From Priapulus caudatus (taxonomy: Eukaryota), in the NCBI RefSeq assembly GCF_000485595.1, contig NW_014577079.1:242826-306825 (forward strand): DNA of 64,000 nt, given 5' to 3'. Below are positions 12,855-28,800 of the stretch, in pieces; position 1 is the stretch's first letter, and each line of letters opens with the position of its first letter. The notes under the pieces were generated by a model. It was not told the origin of the DNA. It did not search any database and saw only the letters and a program-made list of their open reading frames with translations. The translations under genes and the position numbers were made by a program.

Positions 12855-14207
12855 GTAAGCGAGGAAAAATTATTTTTATGGAAGTGGTTAATATGTCGTA
12901 GGGCTTCAGGCGCATAAATCGGTGCACTCGGCGGCGATTTTTGTGGTTTCTGGTGGGGTTGTGCACTTTTGGATCTTTATTGTGATATTCGGATAAAATT
13001 TGAGGCGTTTGGGATGATGTTTATTAATTTTCGGGTGATATTTGGGCGAAATTACCCGTCTGGTACCTATTTATACCCTATTATTACCTTATTTATACTT
13101 GTGAGCATCAGTCATTCTGCGAAATAGCTGCCGAATAAATTAGTATAGCATTTACGTTGTTGTTGTTGTTGTTGTTTTCGTCGTTGTCGTCGTTGTCGTC
13201 GTCGTCGGTGTCGTCGTCGTCGTCGTCGTCGTCATCGTTGTCGTACTTGTTGGCATACTTATGTGCGGTGGGCTAGCTGCTCTATATACACAATCTATAC
13301 ACATTGTTGATAAGCTTCCATTTTATTCTAAGAAGGTTCTATTGTGAGGACGCGGTTATTGTTCCTCGTTCTCTCTGACGCACGAGCTCGTGGCGTATGG
13401 CAGGGTGGCGCTACAGTCACGCTCTCTTATAGTGCGAACAGGCGTCCGAACTGGCGTGGACTTTACGTGTGTCAAGCGTAAGCAAGCCTTCGAAGTGCCT
13501 GCGCTATTTAGCAGTGCAGCAGTTCCCGAACTACAACCTTCATAAGTTCTCGTTTTCGAAATGATTATTATTGCACACACACACACACACAGACGCGCTC
13601 GTGTGCTTTCGTTGTGTTTCGAGCGAGGTCTCGCGATACGTTTCCCGTTCTCTCCAAGGCACGCGCCTAATGTTTCCTTCTCTCTCTCTCTCCTCTCTCT
13701 GCTCTCTCTCTCTCCTCTCTCTCTCTCTCGTTCATCTCCCTCTCGCTCTTTGTCGCGTTTCTTTACTTTCTCTCTCTCATCTCGCCTTTTAAGCTTCAGC
13801 GTGGACCGTCCAATCATGATATGCATTCAATTGCAACTCCGTTGGCTAATTCCTGTATTGCTTCGTTGTTCTCCCGCGCTCTCTATCTTTCTCCTTATTA
13901 CTCTCGCTCTCTCTTCTCTCTCTCTCTCTCTCATCTCGTCTCTTATCTCGTCTCGTCTCTCTCTCTCTCTCTCGTCGTGCTCTCGCTGCTTTCTCTCCTC
14001 GGGATTCTTCTTCTCTCTCTCTCTCCTTCTCTTTCTCTCTCGTCATTCTTCTCTCTCTCTTTCCTCTCTCTCCTCTCTTCCTCCTCTCTCTCTCTCTCTC
14101 TCTCATCTCGTTTGAACACGTTAAATACGTTGAACACAGTTGAACACATTGAACACATTAGAACACATTGAACAGTGGTTAACGATGTCGCTTTGACCGT
14201 GTTCGAG

Positions 14208-14492
14208 GTGAGGCCCGCGACTCGGCCATCATCGAACGCGTGTGAGATTGGGAGTGGTCGACAACGAAGATGGGCGAGAGCGACCGAAACGCGCGGCAAG
14301 AAGCGCGGTGCGCCCTGCAGGCTGCTGCGGGCGTCGTGGTGCCCATCTGCATCATCATCATCGATATCGGCCTCGTCGTCGTCTTTCCGGCTGATCTCGG
14401 AGCTGGAAGCGGCATGCGCAAACGTGATAGAGGCCGACGGCCGAAGCACTGCTGGCGGCTGTCGCAGCAGCACCGCTGCTCGGCGCCTGCGT
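14208..14492 (+). pseudogene. PLD3: Indel-ridden copy of the PLD3 transmembrane exon (duplication copy 1; sequencing noise or decay)
   Basis: Aligns with 25269-25537. Still encodes [17 protein letters not shown] but is frameshifted. Confidence 0.75.
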
Positions 14493-17400
14493 TGTGAGTC
14501 ATCCGGTCATCGTGCGTCGTCAGTATCATCGTCAGTGCAACGGCCATTCGTCCCACCGTCATCGTTCGTTCCTGTTCATATTAGTTTGTAGCTTATAATG
14601 TTAGTCGGTTGCCTTAGTGCAGTGTCGTCGTCATGAGTTTGTCAGGGGTCGATAGCCATCGGCCACCGTCGATTCGTCGCTTTCCTTAATGATTAGTCTA
14701 TGTAAGTAATAATGTCTAGTGCGGTTGCCCGATTGTTAGTCACTTGTGTAGGTTTTGTAGTTCGTTACTCTGTGCGCGTGCGCGGCGTGCCGTGCGTGCG
14801 TGCGGCTTGTGTGCCGTGGGGTGTGTGTGCGCGCGGCATGTCTGTCGTTACCCTAATGTAGGGTGATGGTCGTGTGTTCATTGGTTGTGTGTTTTACTCA
14901 CGGTCGTGGCTCTTCAGTGGCGCCGCAGGATAGAAGCACTTGGAAGCACAAGTGCTTCAGTAAATTTTGGTTAAACAATTTTGTTCCTACATTTTGTCTT
15001 AAATCCTGTCGCAAGACTCGACCAGATTGCGATCTCCAGAGTCTACCATTCAAAAAATTTGCGAGGGGGCGGATGCCCAGACCGCCCCTAGCATCAGCGC
15101 TGGCTTCGGCGCTTGCTGTTTATTATCACTGAGGATTTTATCCTTCTGGTGCTCTCACTTCTTAAGACCTGTCGGGGCCAGTGGCGGCTGCTTGTCCATG
15201 TAAATCTTGTTACTTTGTGGATCGGTGAGTCATTTGCGTGTGTTTGTTGTCGAGCAAGATGTCAGCCATAGAATAAGCCAGGGCTCTTTGTTTCGGTTGC
15301 GTGCCAAAAGTCATTAAACTACGCTTGTGTTTATGGTAAGGGGTGTTATGATGTGTGTACAGCGCGTGTATACGTTGCGCTTTTTGTGTGAGTAGTTAAG
15401 TAGCGTCGCTATTGGAGTGATGATGATCGCACGCCAGGTCTGTGTTAAGCTAAGCTATGTGATAAGCTACAAGAATTTGTGTGTTGCTCCGTAAATTATG
15501 CGATGGTCCTGTCGCTATTACCTGCGTACATATTGTCACGTCTCGGTAAGCCTGTGCTTTTTATTAGCTGCCACCGCCTTTGTGTACATCAATGTTACAA
15601 CCTGTATAGTACGTAGTAGAACGTTAGAGAGTACATAAAACTTGTTTCGTGCTTTGATATTACATAATGATATACAAGACGCTAATAATAAATGTAGTAT
15701 GTACAATATATACAATGTATTGTGTTATGTAATAATAATACATGTATTTATTAGGCTTTGAGATTAGAAGAAGGGAGAGCGTACCATCGGTGAAATCGCT
15801 TGAGCCAGTTCAGTATGCGTAGTAGGTCAATTAATATACTTTTCCCGTGTGATTTTGACGATTCTTTGCAGTATTACTAGATCACTGTTCTCCTTGTTAA
15901 TATAAAACAAACCATGTCCTACGTGCCTCTACGCGGAGATATTAGCGGTGAAAATCTGGTTTTCGCCGAAAACCGACTCAGAATCAGTCAGTACTGCGAC
16001 TGTCTCTCGTTCTTGTGCATGTATGTTCGCTCGGGTCGCCGCGTGTAGCGGGAGTCGGATACGGTATGTGCTACCCAGCGTTACTAATCAGCAGAGATAG
16101 ACTAATAGGGTAAAGGGGATTACTAATCCTGTCCAGCGTAAGGGCGGGTCATCACCATGGCGGATAATAACAAGACGTTTTGGTGAGTAATGGGCTGCGG
16201 GTCAATGACTGAAGGATGTCCGGGAGAAAAGCGCGATCATAGAGGAAAAGTAAATTTCATCTGGTCACATGATATGACGGAAACAGAGAAGTTGTACCGA
16301 GCTATCGCGGCAGAACGGGAGGGACAGTCGCAGTACTGATGATCTGGAGTCGGTATTTCGGCGAAAATACCAGATTTCACCGCTCATTATCTCAGCGTAG
16401 GGGATCGTGAAAGGACAAGCAGTATTGTTGATATTAGCAGTAGGATGCTAGATCAATACATACTGGTCAAAGATCCTTCAATTCATTATGTGACTGATCA
16501 AAGAATCGTCACAAATAAAAACGGGGGAAGTTTATTATCGTCGCACTTCAATACTGCAACATGGCTTTCCAGCATGTCACGTTCGTTACGCCTCTCTTCT
16601 TTATCACGCTTTGATTTCAGATATATGTGTCGTCCGATTAGAGGTTGTGTATAGACCTAATATACGCAATTTACGAAGCGTTGCGCAAGGTGCGCGAGAT
16701 ACGCTTCCTATCGTTGTAAGTGCGGATATATTATAGATCGGAGGGCTATAATGACAAATTTCAGTCATTAGCATTCAGCGGGAGGTTGACATGTCAGATT
16801 GTGATTGTCATTATGACGAATTGTCAATAATGACATTTGTCATCTTACGCTCCTGAATATATATATATTATATGTATAATTATGTATGCACGGTGGCCGT
16901 CATATCGCCTTCGGAGTGCGGTGTGTGTTATAAATGCACCGGTGGTGTGTCTGGATCGTCAACAAAACGCCCGTCGAGTAGCAGCCAGGTATAGAGCAGC
17001 AGCGAACCTCCAGCGCGCCGTCTGCCATCATATGATTGTGACTCTCTGGAGTGTCGCGAGTTCTTTTTATCGGCTGCGTCATGACGCGCGCAGCCGATAA
17101 GAGAGAAAGAGGCGGGCTGGAACCGAGAGGGGGAGAAAGAGAGAGCGAGAGAGGGGGGAGGGGTGAGAAAGAGAGAGGCAGACGAGAGAGGGGAGGGGGG
17201 AAAGAAGAGAGCGAGATGACGAGAGGGGGCGCGCCAGTGGCGCGTGAGTGCGAGGGATGTAGACCCGCAAGCAGCAAGAAGAGCATATCGACTGCGGGAG
17301 GAGAGCGAGGATAGAGAGAAGTGAGAGAGAGAGAGGAGAGAGGAGAGAGAGAGAGAGAGAGAGACGAGCAGTGAAGGAGAGAGAGAGAGGAGAGAGAGAG

Positions 17401-19701
17401 AGGAGAGAGAGAAAGAAAGAGCGAGAGAGATGAGAGGGGCGAGACCAGAGAGCGAGAGAGAGCGCGGCAAACGAGTTAGTGAGACAGGGACGAGAGCGCG
17501 CTAGCGAAGCTTCTCAAAAAGCCGTTTAAAGCATTTTAGCGGGATCCGCGATGTTTTTAGCGACTGCTGCGCTGATGAATGAGTACGAGTGAGAGGTTAG
17601 CCGCTGATGCAAACGTATACAGACTCAGGAGTCGGATCCAATATAGGACTATTGTAAGTCCTGAGTACGTCCTACAGGTGGACTAGCCGACGTTCGGCGA
17701 CAACTGACTGCAAGCAATGTAGTTATGTGAAAAGGCGCAGGTCGAAAGTGCGAGCGAAAAACACGATGTCAAAAAAAAATGGGGCGCAAAACAGTACGCA
17801 AATGCGCGGTTGATCGCTTGGTAGGTTTAACTTTTTTTTTTACATCGCGGGCATAGGATCGCGCTTTTCGCATATGGAGAAATCGCCGCTTGGATTGCTA
17901 GCCACCATACTGAGCACTCCCTATAATTCAGCTTCCTATACGGTAAAATGGACCATGTCAAGGAAATCAATCGAAGGATGGAGGATTTATAATCGGAACT
18001 GTGGGAACTTGCGTGGCAATGTGCACGACGCCGCATTGCGGATTGATGTCAAACAGTATCGCTGCCCGCGGATATAAGTAATGGGCTCAGGACGTGCTGC
18101 AGACATTAATCTAACAGTAAGTCTACTGACTGACAGTTCGAGGCTAAATGTATTTAGCGATGGAGATGTTCTGAACAAGATGTCGGTCTAGCTGCGTTTA
18201 CGTCGCGGAGCAAATCGAAGGAAAAATACTAGTGTCGGCCACTTAGCAGAGAACATTTGCAACTTGCCAGTGACGTCCGCGGCAACCGCGCACGTCCTCC
18301 TCACACCAACACACAAACACACACACACACCAACCACACACAACACAACACACACACACACACACACAGAAGACAGACGAGACACAACACACACACAACA
18401 CACACCACACGCACACACACACACAACACTCACACACACAGCACACCACACACACACACACACAACACACACCACACACACACACACACACACAACACCC
18501 ACAACACACACACTCACACACACACACACACTCACACACACCACACACCACTCACAACCACACACGCGGCTAGTATTCAATGGTAGGCCTTCTGGCCATT
18601 GCATGCACTTCACCTTTATGAACGACTACTCTCACAATTATGAGTTGTTCGCAGCGTGGTCTATCTCGGTGCGTTTCCGATGGTTGTAGCGACTCGCCGT
18701 TGAGGAGACCATTCCAGTGGATGAGGATGACTGGCACCGGTGCGCGTCATATGCCGGTTTTAATTTTAGGGGTAATAATTAAGCACTGTCACGGTCCGGT
18801 ACTTGCTGCGCGCAGAGCGGGAGACTGGTTAGCATTATGTAGCTGATTATGCATGCTTAATAATATCTAATATATTATTATACTATATATATATACCTAT
18901 GAGTTCCGCGTTTGATAGATATATAGTCCAATTAACCAGTCAGCGCAAGACTTCTTCCTGCATGGAGTCACTCTTGTCGCGCGTTTATCCAACATACACG
19001 GCATTGTTTGATGTCGGGTCTCTGCTGATAGTGTGGACATCTGCTTGCATGCTCTGCAATGAAATAGTTTCCGGATATCATCGTTGTTAAACGGTAAGGA
19101 CGTCGTCAGATCAGACGTTTCTTCGTTGTGTCTTTTAAACAGTCGCATTTTATTGGCTGCGTCGTTAATAGTATTATTATAGATTTACTTCTTATTATTC
19201 GATACTTTTTATATTAATTATATGTATTATATGATATATGCCGTCCAATATGAACGATGTAGCATCTCTTACAGATTATCCTGCAAAGCCGAAGAAGAAT
19301 TATTTTATCAGCGCGCTACCACCTACTGAATTATAACCAGCCAGATTTTCCTTTGTCCTAATATCTGGCTATTGCTGCTGGGAACTCCCACTGCTGTTAA
19401 GTAGGGCATTAGGAAAAGAATGGCAGCAATCAACTACTGTTGGCTTCTTTGCTGTCAGTTCATTTGGGACCGCTGTCCGAGTGAGCTTTGTAGTGTGACA
19501 AGTGCGTGCTTGTCGTGTTGCTGTGTGCGCGTGCGGGCGTGTGTTTGTGTGTGCGTGAGCGTGAGGGTGTGTGCGTGTGTGCGTGCGTGCGGGCGTGTGT
19601 TTGTGTGTGCGTGCGTGTGTGGGTGTGTATGTGCGTGCGTTTGCGTGCATACGTGTGCGTGCGTTTGCGTGCATACGTGTGCGTGCGTGCGTGTGTGCGC
19701 G

Positions 19702-19746
<45 letters not shown>

Positions 19747-22700
19747 GTGTATGTGTGTGCGTTCGCGATCGCAGACCGATGACATTATACGAAGTAAGAT
19801 ATCGTGTCTCGCCTCGAGCATCTCCGTCAGATTGTTTCCGAAGATATTGTGTCACTTCGGGCGTTTCCGTGAGACATTCGTCCTTCTAGTGTAATTTCCC
19901 CTCCTCTCGCACGTGATAATACCATAAGCTAATAATACATTATACACTTTAAGGTATTATTACCCTTTGATAAATTGATAATACTCGGTGTAAAAGAGCA
20001 ATCGATCGTGGAAAGTTTTTGGATGACAAGAACCGCTCGCGCTTTAAACCAAGTGAAATATAACGCTGTCAAGTGGCCGCAACTAGCAGCGAATTCGCAT
20101 TCTAGTTACTGCAATGTCAAGGTGCCTAATTAGCTTTCTGGTATATATTCAAGTGCGTTCGGTTCAACGTGTACCGCCGTTAATTAAAAGGGAAAAAACT
20201 ACCATTTCTGATATTATTGTGAATCATAAGTATCTTGCCGTGACTCGGATCTGTTGTTGTGCGACGTTTAAAATAATTACGCATGCAGCGTCAACATCAA
20301 ATTGCTTATTAGATAGATACTCGGTCTGTTTCTCCGAACCCATCGTGAAATACGAGCGTTTCTCGCTAGTATTTCTGCGAAGCGTTATTAGTCCGTGAAG
20401 AAGCATTCATGCAGCCTCACGACGACGGGCACTCAAGGATCTGGAGTATTGTAGGCAATGTTAGCGAGAAAAGCGCTCTCAGACTGCTGAGCTTATGTTT
20501 ACGCTCGCACGAGCTGAGTAATAAAAGCGGATCGTCGTCAAAACACTATCGCTGGTATTAAAGCGTGGATTATGCAACATTCATGCACCTTTTACGTGCA
20601 CTCTGCGCGCTATCCCACGAGAGTCTGCCAGCTCTCGGCGCATGCGTGGCGCCCGAGACCCGTGCATACAGAGGGGCCGTTTTCAGAAACATCTGAACAA
20701 TATACACGATAACGATTAGTGTCGTTAATGGAAAAGTTTACGACTCGGACTGATATTACGACGAAATATTGCCGGTCTCTCCTCCCCAGGTTTCTGAAAT
20801 ATATATGGGCGGACATACAAGTGAAAGGCTGCATGTCTAAAATTTCCTGGAATCGCGGTTATGTCTTATATCATCGTACAGCCATCGCTGCTTTTATCTC
20901 GCTGCGCGCCAAGCCGATGTTAATATAGAAATATGGGGAACACTCTCGAACATAATATGAGCGTACAAGGAAGAGCTGACAAGCACATCGACCGCGCAGG
21001 CACGTATGGATTGTTAGAAGAGGATGTGGAATTTCTCCACACAGGGATCGTGTTCAAAACACGACACTCAGTGTGTGAGCACCACTAAAGCTCTCTCTCG
21101 CTCTCGCTCTCGAATGGCCAGATCGAGTTTCTCGTGGCGCCAGTAGGAGTACCGCATAGTCTCTTCACCTTGCCGACTTTAATGATGAGATCGTAACAGA
21201 ATACCTGGTGTAAGTTATCCGGGATAAAGCGGTGTCCGTCTAGCGCATTATGTACGTTGAGCCATTGTTCCTAGACCATGTAGTGACGATACATTCCTTT
21301 TAGGTTGTATTATCCTGCCTTTAAGCTCATCGCAGTATTGAGTTTTTGTGAACTTGACTATTACTTTTGCGCATTTCGTACGTAAAATGCGTTTTTAAAA
21401 TAAAATTTCATCATTCAAAAAAATCGGTTCATGCACTAACGTGATATTTAGGCGGTCCATCTGCTTATGAAGGATCTATCGCTCATGTGATAAAACCTGA
21501 GATCGATCGATCGATCTCGGATGAGATCGTGAGATTATAATCTCGTCTAGTGTATGATCTACGTCGCATTCGTAGTTAGACATCGCAGAATGATGTACGT
21601 AGTTAGATATATGCAGGGGCGGTTAGCTGTATATATAGCTTTTATATTAGCATATAGTGTCTATATATAGACGTTCGCTCTGCTGCAGCGTGCGACAGAG
21701 TGAAGGGTTTCATATAATCTAATCATATAATAGGTGTAACTAGTGTTGAATGGTGCTTCGTTCATAAGCAATCTTCGCTATCGGCGTGCTTTGACGAATA
21801 TAAGGAAAATATCCCTGAGCACTGAATAGTATGTTTTATGTGAAGCCTCCTGATTGCAATTTCGCAGAAGCTGGCGCAGTTTATGACACACGTACACCAT
21901 ATTCAGTGAAACAGTTAAAGCGCGTGGCAAATTTCTCTCGGATACTTCTCAAGCCAGCAAACTTAATTGCTTTGCTTTTGCTACTATCGTGGGGGATTGT
22001 AATAACTCTGTTACAATCATTATATTACTTACGTTAATGTTAACACTATACCGGTTGATCGCCAGTATGGTACCATAATTATGATTATTAGATATATCAT
22101 AGATTATATGATAGCCTGAGATAAGAATGATGATGTGACGATAAGAGGAATAAGAAACAATTAAGTCTCTTAGTCATAGCAAAATAAATCATTTATCAAT
22201 AGATCTCTCATATATATATATATATTTATTTATTTATTTATTACACATCAGCATCAGGAGCTAATAATGACAAATCATTATTAGCTCCTGATCAGCATAT
22301 AATTAGATCAGGCTTTTATCTTTTTATAATTATACGAATTGTGGTGAGGGGAATGTGTGTAAGGTTATTCATACGATTGTAGCACGAACGTATGTAGACT
22401 GGAGCATATTCAGTGTGCACATAGATTAATTGCCGCCGCAAGGAAGAAGAAACGAAGGTCAAATACCTGTTCCCATCTTGCAGACTCACTCTGGTCGAGA
22501 GCATCCCGGAAAACATGACGTTCGACTCACGGCACAGGTCGCACGTGTCCGTCTTCGAGGGCTGGATGACCTTACTTGACCTTGCAGAGGAGAGCATAGA
22601 TATAGCCTCTTCCTACTGGACGCTCAGAGGGTCTGATGTTCCACAGGTGAAGGATCCCTCATCGTGGCAGGTAGGCAGACGAACAGTCTGTGTTCTGATT

Positions 22701-25700
22701 ATAGATAACATGGAACATGGAACATAGAAGATGGGATACTATAAGGAGTGTATAATGTAGACTATATTATATAATTAATATAGTCTATTTTATACACTCC
22801 TGATACTATGATGTCGCCAAACGTTGTAATAAAAAGCACTGGCCACGTGTCACGTAAGAGCACGGCATTGGAACAGACGTGTACGTTCTTTTATATACAG
22901 GTGTCCGTACTGGAGGGGTAGATTCACGGCATAACTGCTACTCTATAGGAACAAGGTAAAGATGTCCTTTATATACAGGTGTCCGTACTGGAGGGGTAGA
23001 TTCACGGCATAACTGCTACTCTATAGGGACAAGGTAAAGATGTCCTTTATATACAGGTGTCCGTTCTACAGAGTTGCTTGCACTGTATTACTGTCACTCA
23101 TGGGAAATGGCAAAAGGTCATTTATAGAAAGCTCTCCGTTGTATGGAGGTGACCGCTAATAGAGGTTTGACTGTAGTATGACAGGCTCTTTGTAAAACGT
23201 TTTAATATTATGATATGTAAGCTGTAATGTGTGCAAGTTGACGTTTTTGCAATCAGCATTTCTAATGTCTTGATAATGATGTGAGAAACAGTTTGGCTAT
23301 AAACGTTCACTTATACTTGTAGACTGTGTGAATGATACACGTTATTTTTTAGAGAGTAATGGTGTTATTTATTTAGAATTTAATTCTTGAAAGCAAATAA
23401 AATGTAATGCACATTTAAACGATTTCCTCGTCGTCTATTTGGGGAAATTTGGATTGGCTACTTTATTATGAATACGAATGTTTCCAATTCGGCAATTTTT
23501 TTATTTCATAATACTTAAAAATATTTAAGAGATATACATGCTTATGCGTACACATATATACATATAATTACGAGTATATGATGTTATCCTAGTACACTAA
23601 TGCCATCGAGATTCATGTCTAATCTCACGCGATCCTTCGCTGATGCTACTTCTAGATAAATCCTTGTAGTTAACCCCTTGAGCTTGCATGGATCTATACC
23701 AATTATATAATTACATGGAATTGAAGCTGGGTACGTGGTTGCCAGAGAAGGCCTCTTCAGGAATAAGCCTATACGATATGTTTGCTGCTTTAGATGTTAT
23801 CCGTCTTCTCTACTGATTTATCGCTCGCAATGTTCGGAAGTGCACCCGAGAGGCCACATGTTCAGTATATGCAGCTAGATAGAAACATTCGCTAATGTTG
23901 TCTAATGTACGAGAAAGCCCTGTATTCCCAATTGCACGCTGAGATCGATACTAACCTTATTGAAAGCACATCGTATGTAAATTTGCATGCGCGTGTGGGG
24001 GCGATCGCGTGTTGTAATTAATTGTTGAGTGCCAGTATCCCCTTGCGACACTCTGCCTAATGCAAATGGACCTACCCAAGTCCATGTCTCCTGCACGTTT
24101 GTGACTCCAACTATTCGGCATGGGAATTCTATCTATCCGTGCGTGGTTCCGTGGTTGTGTGCGTGTATGTGTGTGTGTGTGCGTGTGTGTGTGTGTGTGC
24201 GTGCGTGCGTGCGTGTGTGTGCGTGCGTGCGTGCGTGCGTAAGTGCGTGCGTGCGTGTGTGATTAATATCAAACGTTATTCGGTAAAACTGTGCTTACTA
24301 TTCCCGTTATTGCATTACGTGGAAGGAGACTCTCGTACTTGCGTTGTTAGGGCAGCCAACATTCGTTAAGGCAGTCGTGGAGAGACCACCGATTTCACGT
24401 ACCGTGGTCAAAACAACTCTACGCGTTCCTTGAAGCGCTATGCACAATTGAACTACTCTGCTACTCTTACTAAAATACTACACCGAAAGTTTGTTGCAAC
24501 GTGAAAGGGCGTTTCTTTTAAATTAGAGATGGGGAACGGAGGGAGGGGCAGAGTCTGGATTTCGATGATTTCAGGGTTCGTTTTGGTTGCTCATCGGAAA
24601 AAAATTAATTCTTTAGTTACATTTCCATTCGTTTTTCTTGGTCCCTGACAAAGGTGTTGTATATATTTCCTTGGTGCTTTCTTCTTTCTAGGGGAGGTAA
24701 ATAGAACTCTCAACAGAAAGAATTAGTGGCAGAGCAGTGATTATACCTAGAGTGTACAACGGAAAAACGGGAAAATAGTGCTATTTCACAACATGATTAT
24801 TCTACTTTGCCTGCGAGTCTAGAATAATTTAAAACAAAACCAAGCGCTTGTCAATACGATACTCCTAGGCTGAGATATTGGCTCGTAAACTTCCCCTCCC
24901 ACAGGCCTCACGGCGCCTCGCATACACAATATTATTAGCTCTTGATTATATACTAACTGGCCAGCATGTTGTTATTTATACAATAATTTATAATATTATA
25001 GCAAAGGTGTGGTTTATTCATCACCAGTGCCATTTCGCGAGTTAATCACAAGCTAGTGCGATTGAGTGAATATCTCCTGAAATCAAGAGACCTAATGCAG
25101 CGCTTCTCAACCGGTGGGCCGCGGCCCACTGGTGGGCCGCGAAGCTCTCTCTGGTGGGCCGCGAACTCGGCCAGAAAAAAAATTAAATACGTTGAACACA
25201 TTAAACACATTGAACACATTGAACACATTGAACACGTTGTTAACGCCTGTGCTTTGACCGTGTTGCAGGTGAGGCCCCGCGACTCGGCCATCATGAACGC
25301 GTTCGAATTGGAGGTGCTGGACAACAAGATGCGAGCGACGAACGCGCTGCAGAAGCGCTCGCCGCTGCAGCGCTGCTGTCGGCCGTCGTGCGTGCCCATC
25401 TGCATCATCATCATCATGATCGGCCTCGTCGTCGTCTTTCCGCTCATCTCCGAGCTGGAAGCGGCGCGCGTGAGAGAGGCCGACGCCGAAGCACTGCTGG
25501 CGCTGTCGCAGCAGCACCGCTGCTCGGACGCCTGCGTGTGAGTCATCGTCATCGTCGTCGTCAGTATCATCGTCATCGTCGTCGTCAGTATCATCGTCAG
25601 TGCCAAGGCCATCGCCACCGTCATCGTCGTTCCTTTCATATTAGTTATGTAGTTATAATGTTAGTCGTTGCCCTTAGTCATTGTCATCGTCATGGTCATT

Positions 25701-25818
25701 GTCAGTGTCAATGCCATCGCCACCGTCATCGTCGTTTCCTTAATATTAGTTATGTAGTAATAATGTTAGTCGTTGCCCTTAGTCACCTTGTGTAGGTTTT
25801 GTAGTTCTTACTCTGTGC

Positions 25819-25853
<35 letters not shown>

Positions 25854-28800
25854 TGTGTGTGTGTGTGCGCGCGTGTGTCTGTCGTTACCTAATGTAGGTT
25901 GGTCGTTTTCATTGCGTTGTGTGTTTTACTCACGGTCGTGCTCTTCAGTGGCGCCCGCAGATAGAAGCACTGGAAGCACAGTGCTTCTAGTAAATTTTGG
26001 GTTAAACAATTTTGTTCCTACATTTTGTTCTTAAATCTCTCGCAAGACTCACCAGATTGCATCTCCAGACGTCTACCATTCAAAAAAGTTCAGGGGGGCA
26101 TGCCCCCAGACCCCCCTAGCATGCAGCGCGCCTAGGGCGCTTGCTTTTTATTATCACTGAGGATTTTATCCTTCTGTGCTTCTACTTTCTTAAGACCTGT
26201 GGGCGCCAGTGGCTGCTCTTGTCATGTAACCTTGTTACTTTGTGGATGTTAGTCATTGGCCGTGTGTTGTGTTTGGTCAGCAAGATGTCAGCCATAGTAA
26301 TAACCAGGTGCTCTTTGCTTTCGGTTCGTTGCCAAAAGCTCATAAACTACAGCTTGTGTTTATGTTAAAGTTGTTTATTATTGTTACAGCGTGTGTATAC
26401 GTTGCGCTTTTTGTGTGATGTAGTTAATAGGTCGCTATTGCGTAGTGTGATGTAATCGTGTCTGTAGTTAGCTAAGCCTATGTGATAAGCTAAAGAATTT
26501 TGTGTGTTGCTCGTAAAATTATGCATGCGTTCACTGTCGCCATCATTACCTGCTACATATTAGTCACGTTCGTTAAGCTGTGCATTTTATTAGTGCCACC
26601 GCACTTTGTGTACACTCAAATGTATACAACTGTATATAAGTAGTAGAAACAGTAGAGAGTACATAAAACTTGTTTGTGCTCTTGATATTATAATGATATA
26701 AAGAGCTAATAATACATGTAGTATGTACAATATATACAATGTATTGTGTTATGTAATAATACATACATGTATTATTAGCTCTTGATATTATTAAGAAGGA
26801 GAGCGTACATCGGTGAAATGCTGAAACCATGTTGCAGTATTAGTCTAATTAATATACTTTCCCCGTGTTATTTTGACGATTCTTTGCAGTATTATTGATC
26901 AGCTGTCCTACCTTGTTAATATAAAACAAACCGCATGTCCCTACGATGCCTCTACGCTGAGATAATTAGCGGTGAAAATCTGGTATTTTCGCCGAAAACC
27001 GACTCCAGATCAGTCAGTACTGCGACTGTCTCTCGTTTTGTGCACTGTATGTTGCTTCCGGTCGCCGCTGTGTAGCGGTGAGTCGATGCGTTATTGCTAC
27101 AGCGTTACTACATCCAGCCAAGAGTAGATAATAGATAATAGGGAATTATCTACTCCTGATCCAGCGTAAGGGGCGGGTCATCACCATGGCGATAAATAAC
27201 AAGACGTTTTTGTGGAGTAATGGCTGCGTCAATGACTGGAAATGCGAGAAAAGATACTAGAAGGAAATTAAATTTCATTGTCAATGAATGACGGAAACAC
27301 GCGAAGTTTCCCGAAGCTATCGCCAGAACGAGAGACAGTCGCAGTACTGACTGATCTGGAGTCGGTTTTCGGCGAATATACCAGATTTTCACCGCTCATT
27401 ATCTCAGCGTAGGGGCATCGTAAGGACAAGCGGTTTGTTTTATATTAGCAAGGTAGGACTGCTGATCAATAATACTGGTCAAAGAATTCAAATTCAATTC
27501 ATGTGACTGATCAAAGAATCGTCAAAATAAAACGGGGAAAGTTTATTAATTCGACTAATACTGCAACATGGTTTCAGCATTTCACCGTTGTACGCTCTCC
27601 TTCTTTATACGCTCTTGATATTCAGTATATGTGTCGCGATCAGGTTGTGTATATACTATATACGCAATTTACCGAGGCGTTCGCAATGCGCGAGATACCT
27701 TTATCGTTTAACGTGCTGTATATATATATCAGGAGCGTATAATGACAAATTTGTCATTATGACATTTTCAATTGTCATTATTGACATTTTCAATTGTCAT
27801 TGTCATTATGACATTGTCAATAATGACATTTGTCATTATACGCTCCTGATATATATATATATTATATGTATAATTATATGCACGCGTGGCCGTCATACGC
27901 CTTCGAGTGCGGCTGTGTGTTCATAAATGCACCGGTGGTGTTTTCTGGGATCGTCAACAAAACGCCGTCGAGTAGCAGCAGTATAGAGCAGCAGCGGAAG
28001 CCTCCAGCGCGCCGTCCTGCATCATATGACATTGTGATCTCTGGAGTGTCGCGAGTTCTTTTTAATCGCTGCGGTCATGACGCGCGCAGCCGATAAGAGA
28101 GAAAGAGGCGGGCTGGAACCGAGAGGGGGAGAAAGAGAGAGCGAGAGAGGGGGGAGGGGTGAGAAAGAGAGAGGCAGACGAGAGAGGGGAGGGGGGAAAG
28201 AAGAGAGCGAGATGACGAGAGGGGGCGCGCCAGTGGCGCGTGAGTGCGAGGGATGTAGACCCGCAAGCAGCAAGAAGAGCATATCGACTGCGGGAGGAGA
28301 GCGAGGATAGAGAGAAGTGAGAGAGAGAGAGGAGAGAGGAGAGAGAGAGAGAGAGAGAGACGAGCAGTGAAGGAGAGAGAGAGAGGAGAGAGAGAGAGGA
28401 GAGAGAGAAAGAAAGAGCGAGAGAGATGAGAGGGGCGAGACCAGAGAGCGAGAGAGAGCGCGGCAAACGAGTTAGTGAGACAGGGACGAGAGCGCGCTAG
28501 CGAAGCTTCTCAAAAAGCCGTTTAAAGCATTTTAGCGGGATCCGCGATGTTTTTAGCGACTGCTGCGCTGATGAATGAGTACGAGTGAGAGGTTAGCCGC
28601 TGATGCAAACGTATACAGACTCAGGAGTCGGATCCAATATAGGACTATTGTAAGTCCTGAGTACGTCCTACAGGTGGACTAGCCGACGTTCGGCGACAAC
28701 TGACTGCAAGCAATGTAGTTATGTGAAAAGGCGCAGGTCGAAAGTGCGAGCGAAAAACACGATGTCAAAAAAAAATGGGGCGCAAAACAGTACGCAAATG

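Noticed and set aside
17051..19894. RE-, HT- and CV-repeat ORFs (also at 28-30 kb and 38.5-39.2 kb)
   Set aside because: Dinucleotide microsatellites, with no coding evidence.
21035..21215. Possible extra PLD3 exon ending at GTAAGT (~21210)
   Set aside because: No clean frame or family motif. The TM exon already splices in phase to the LVESIP exon.
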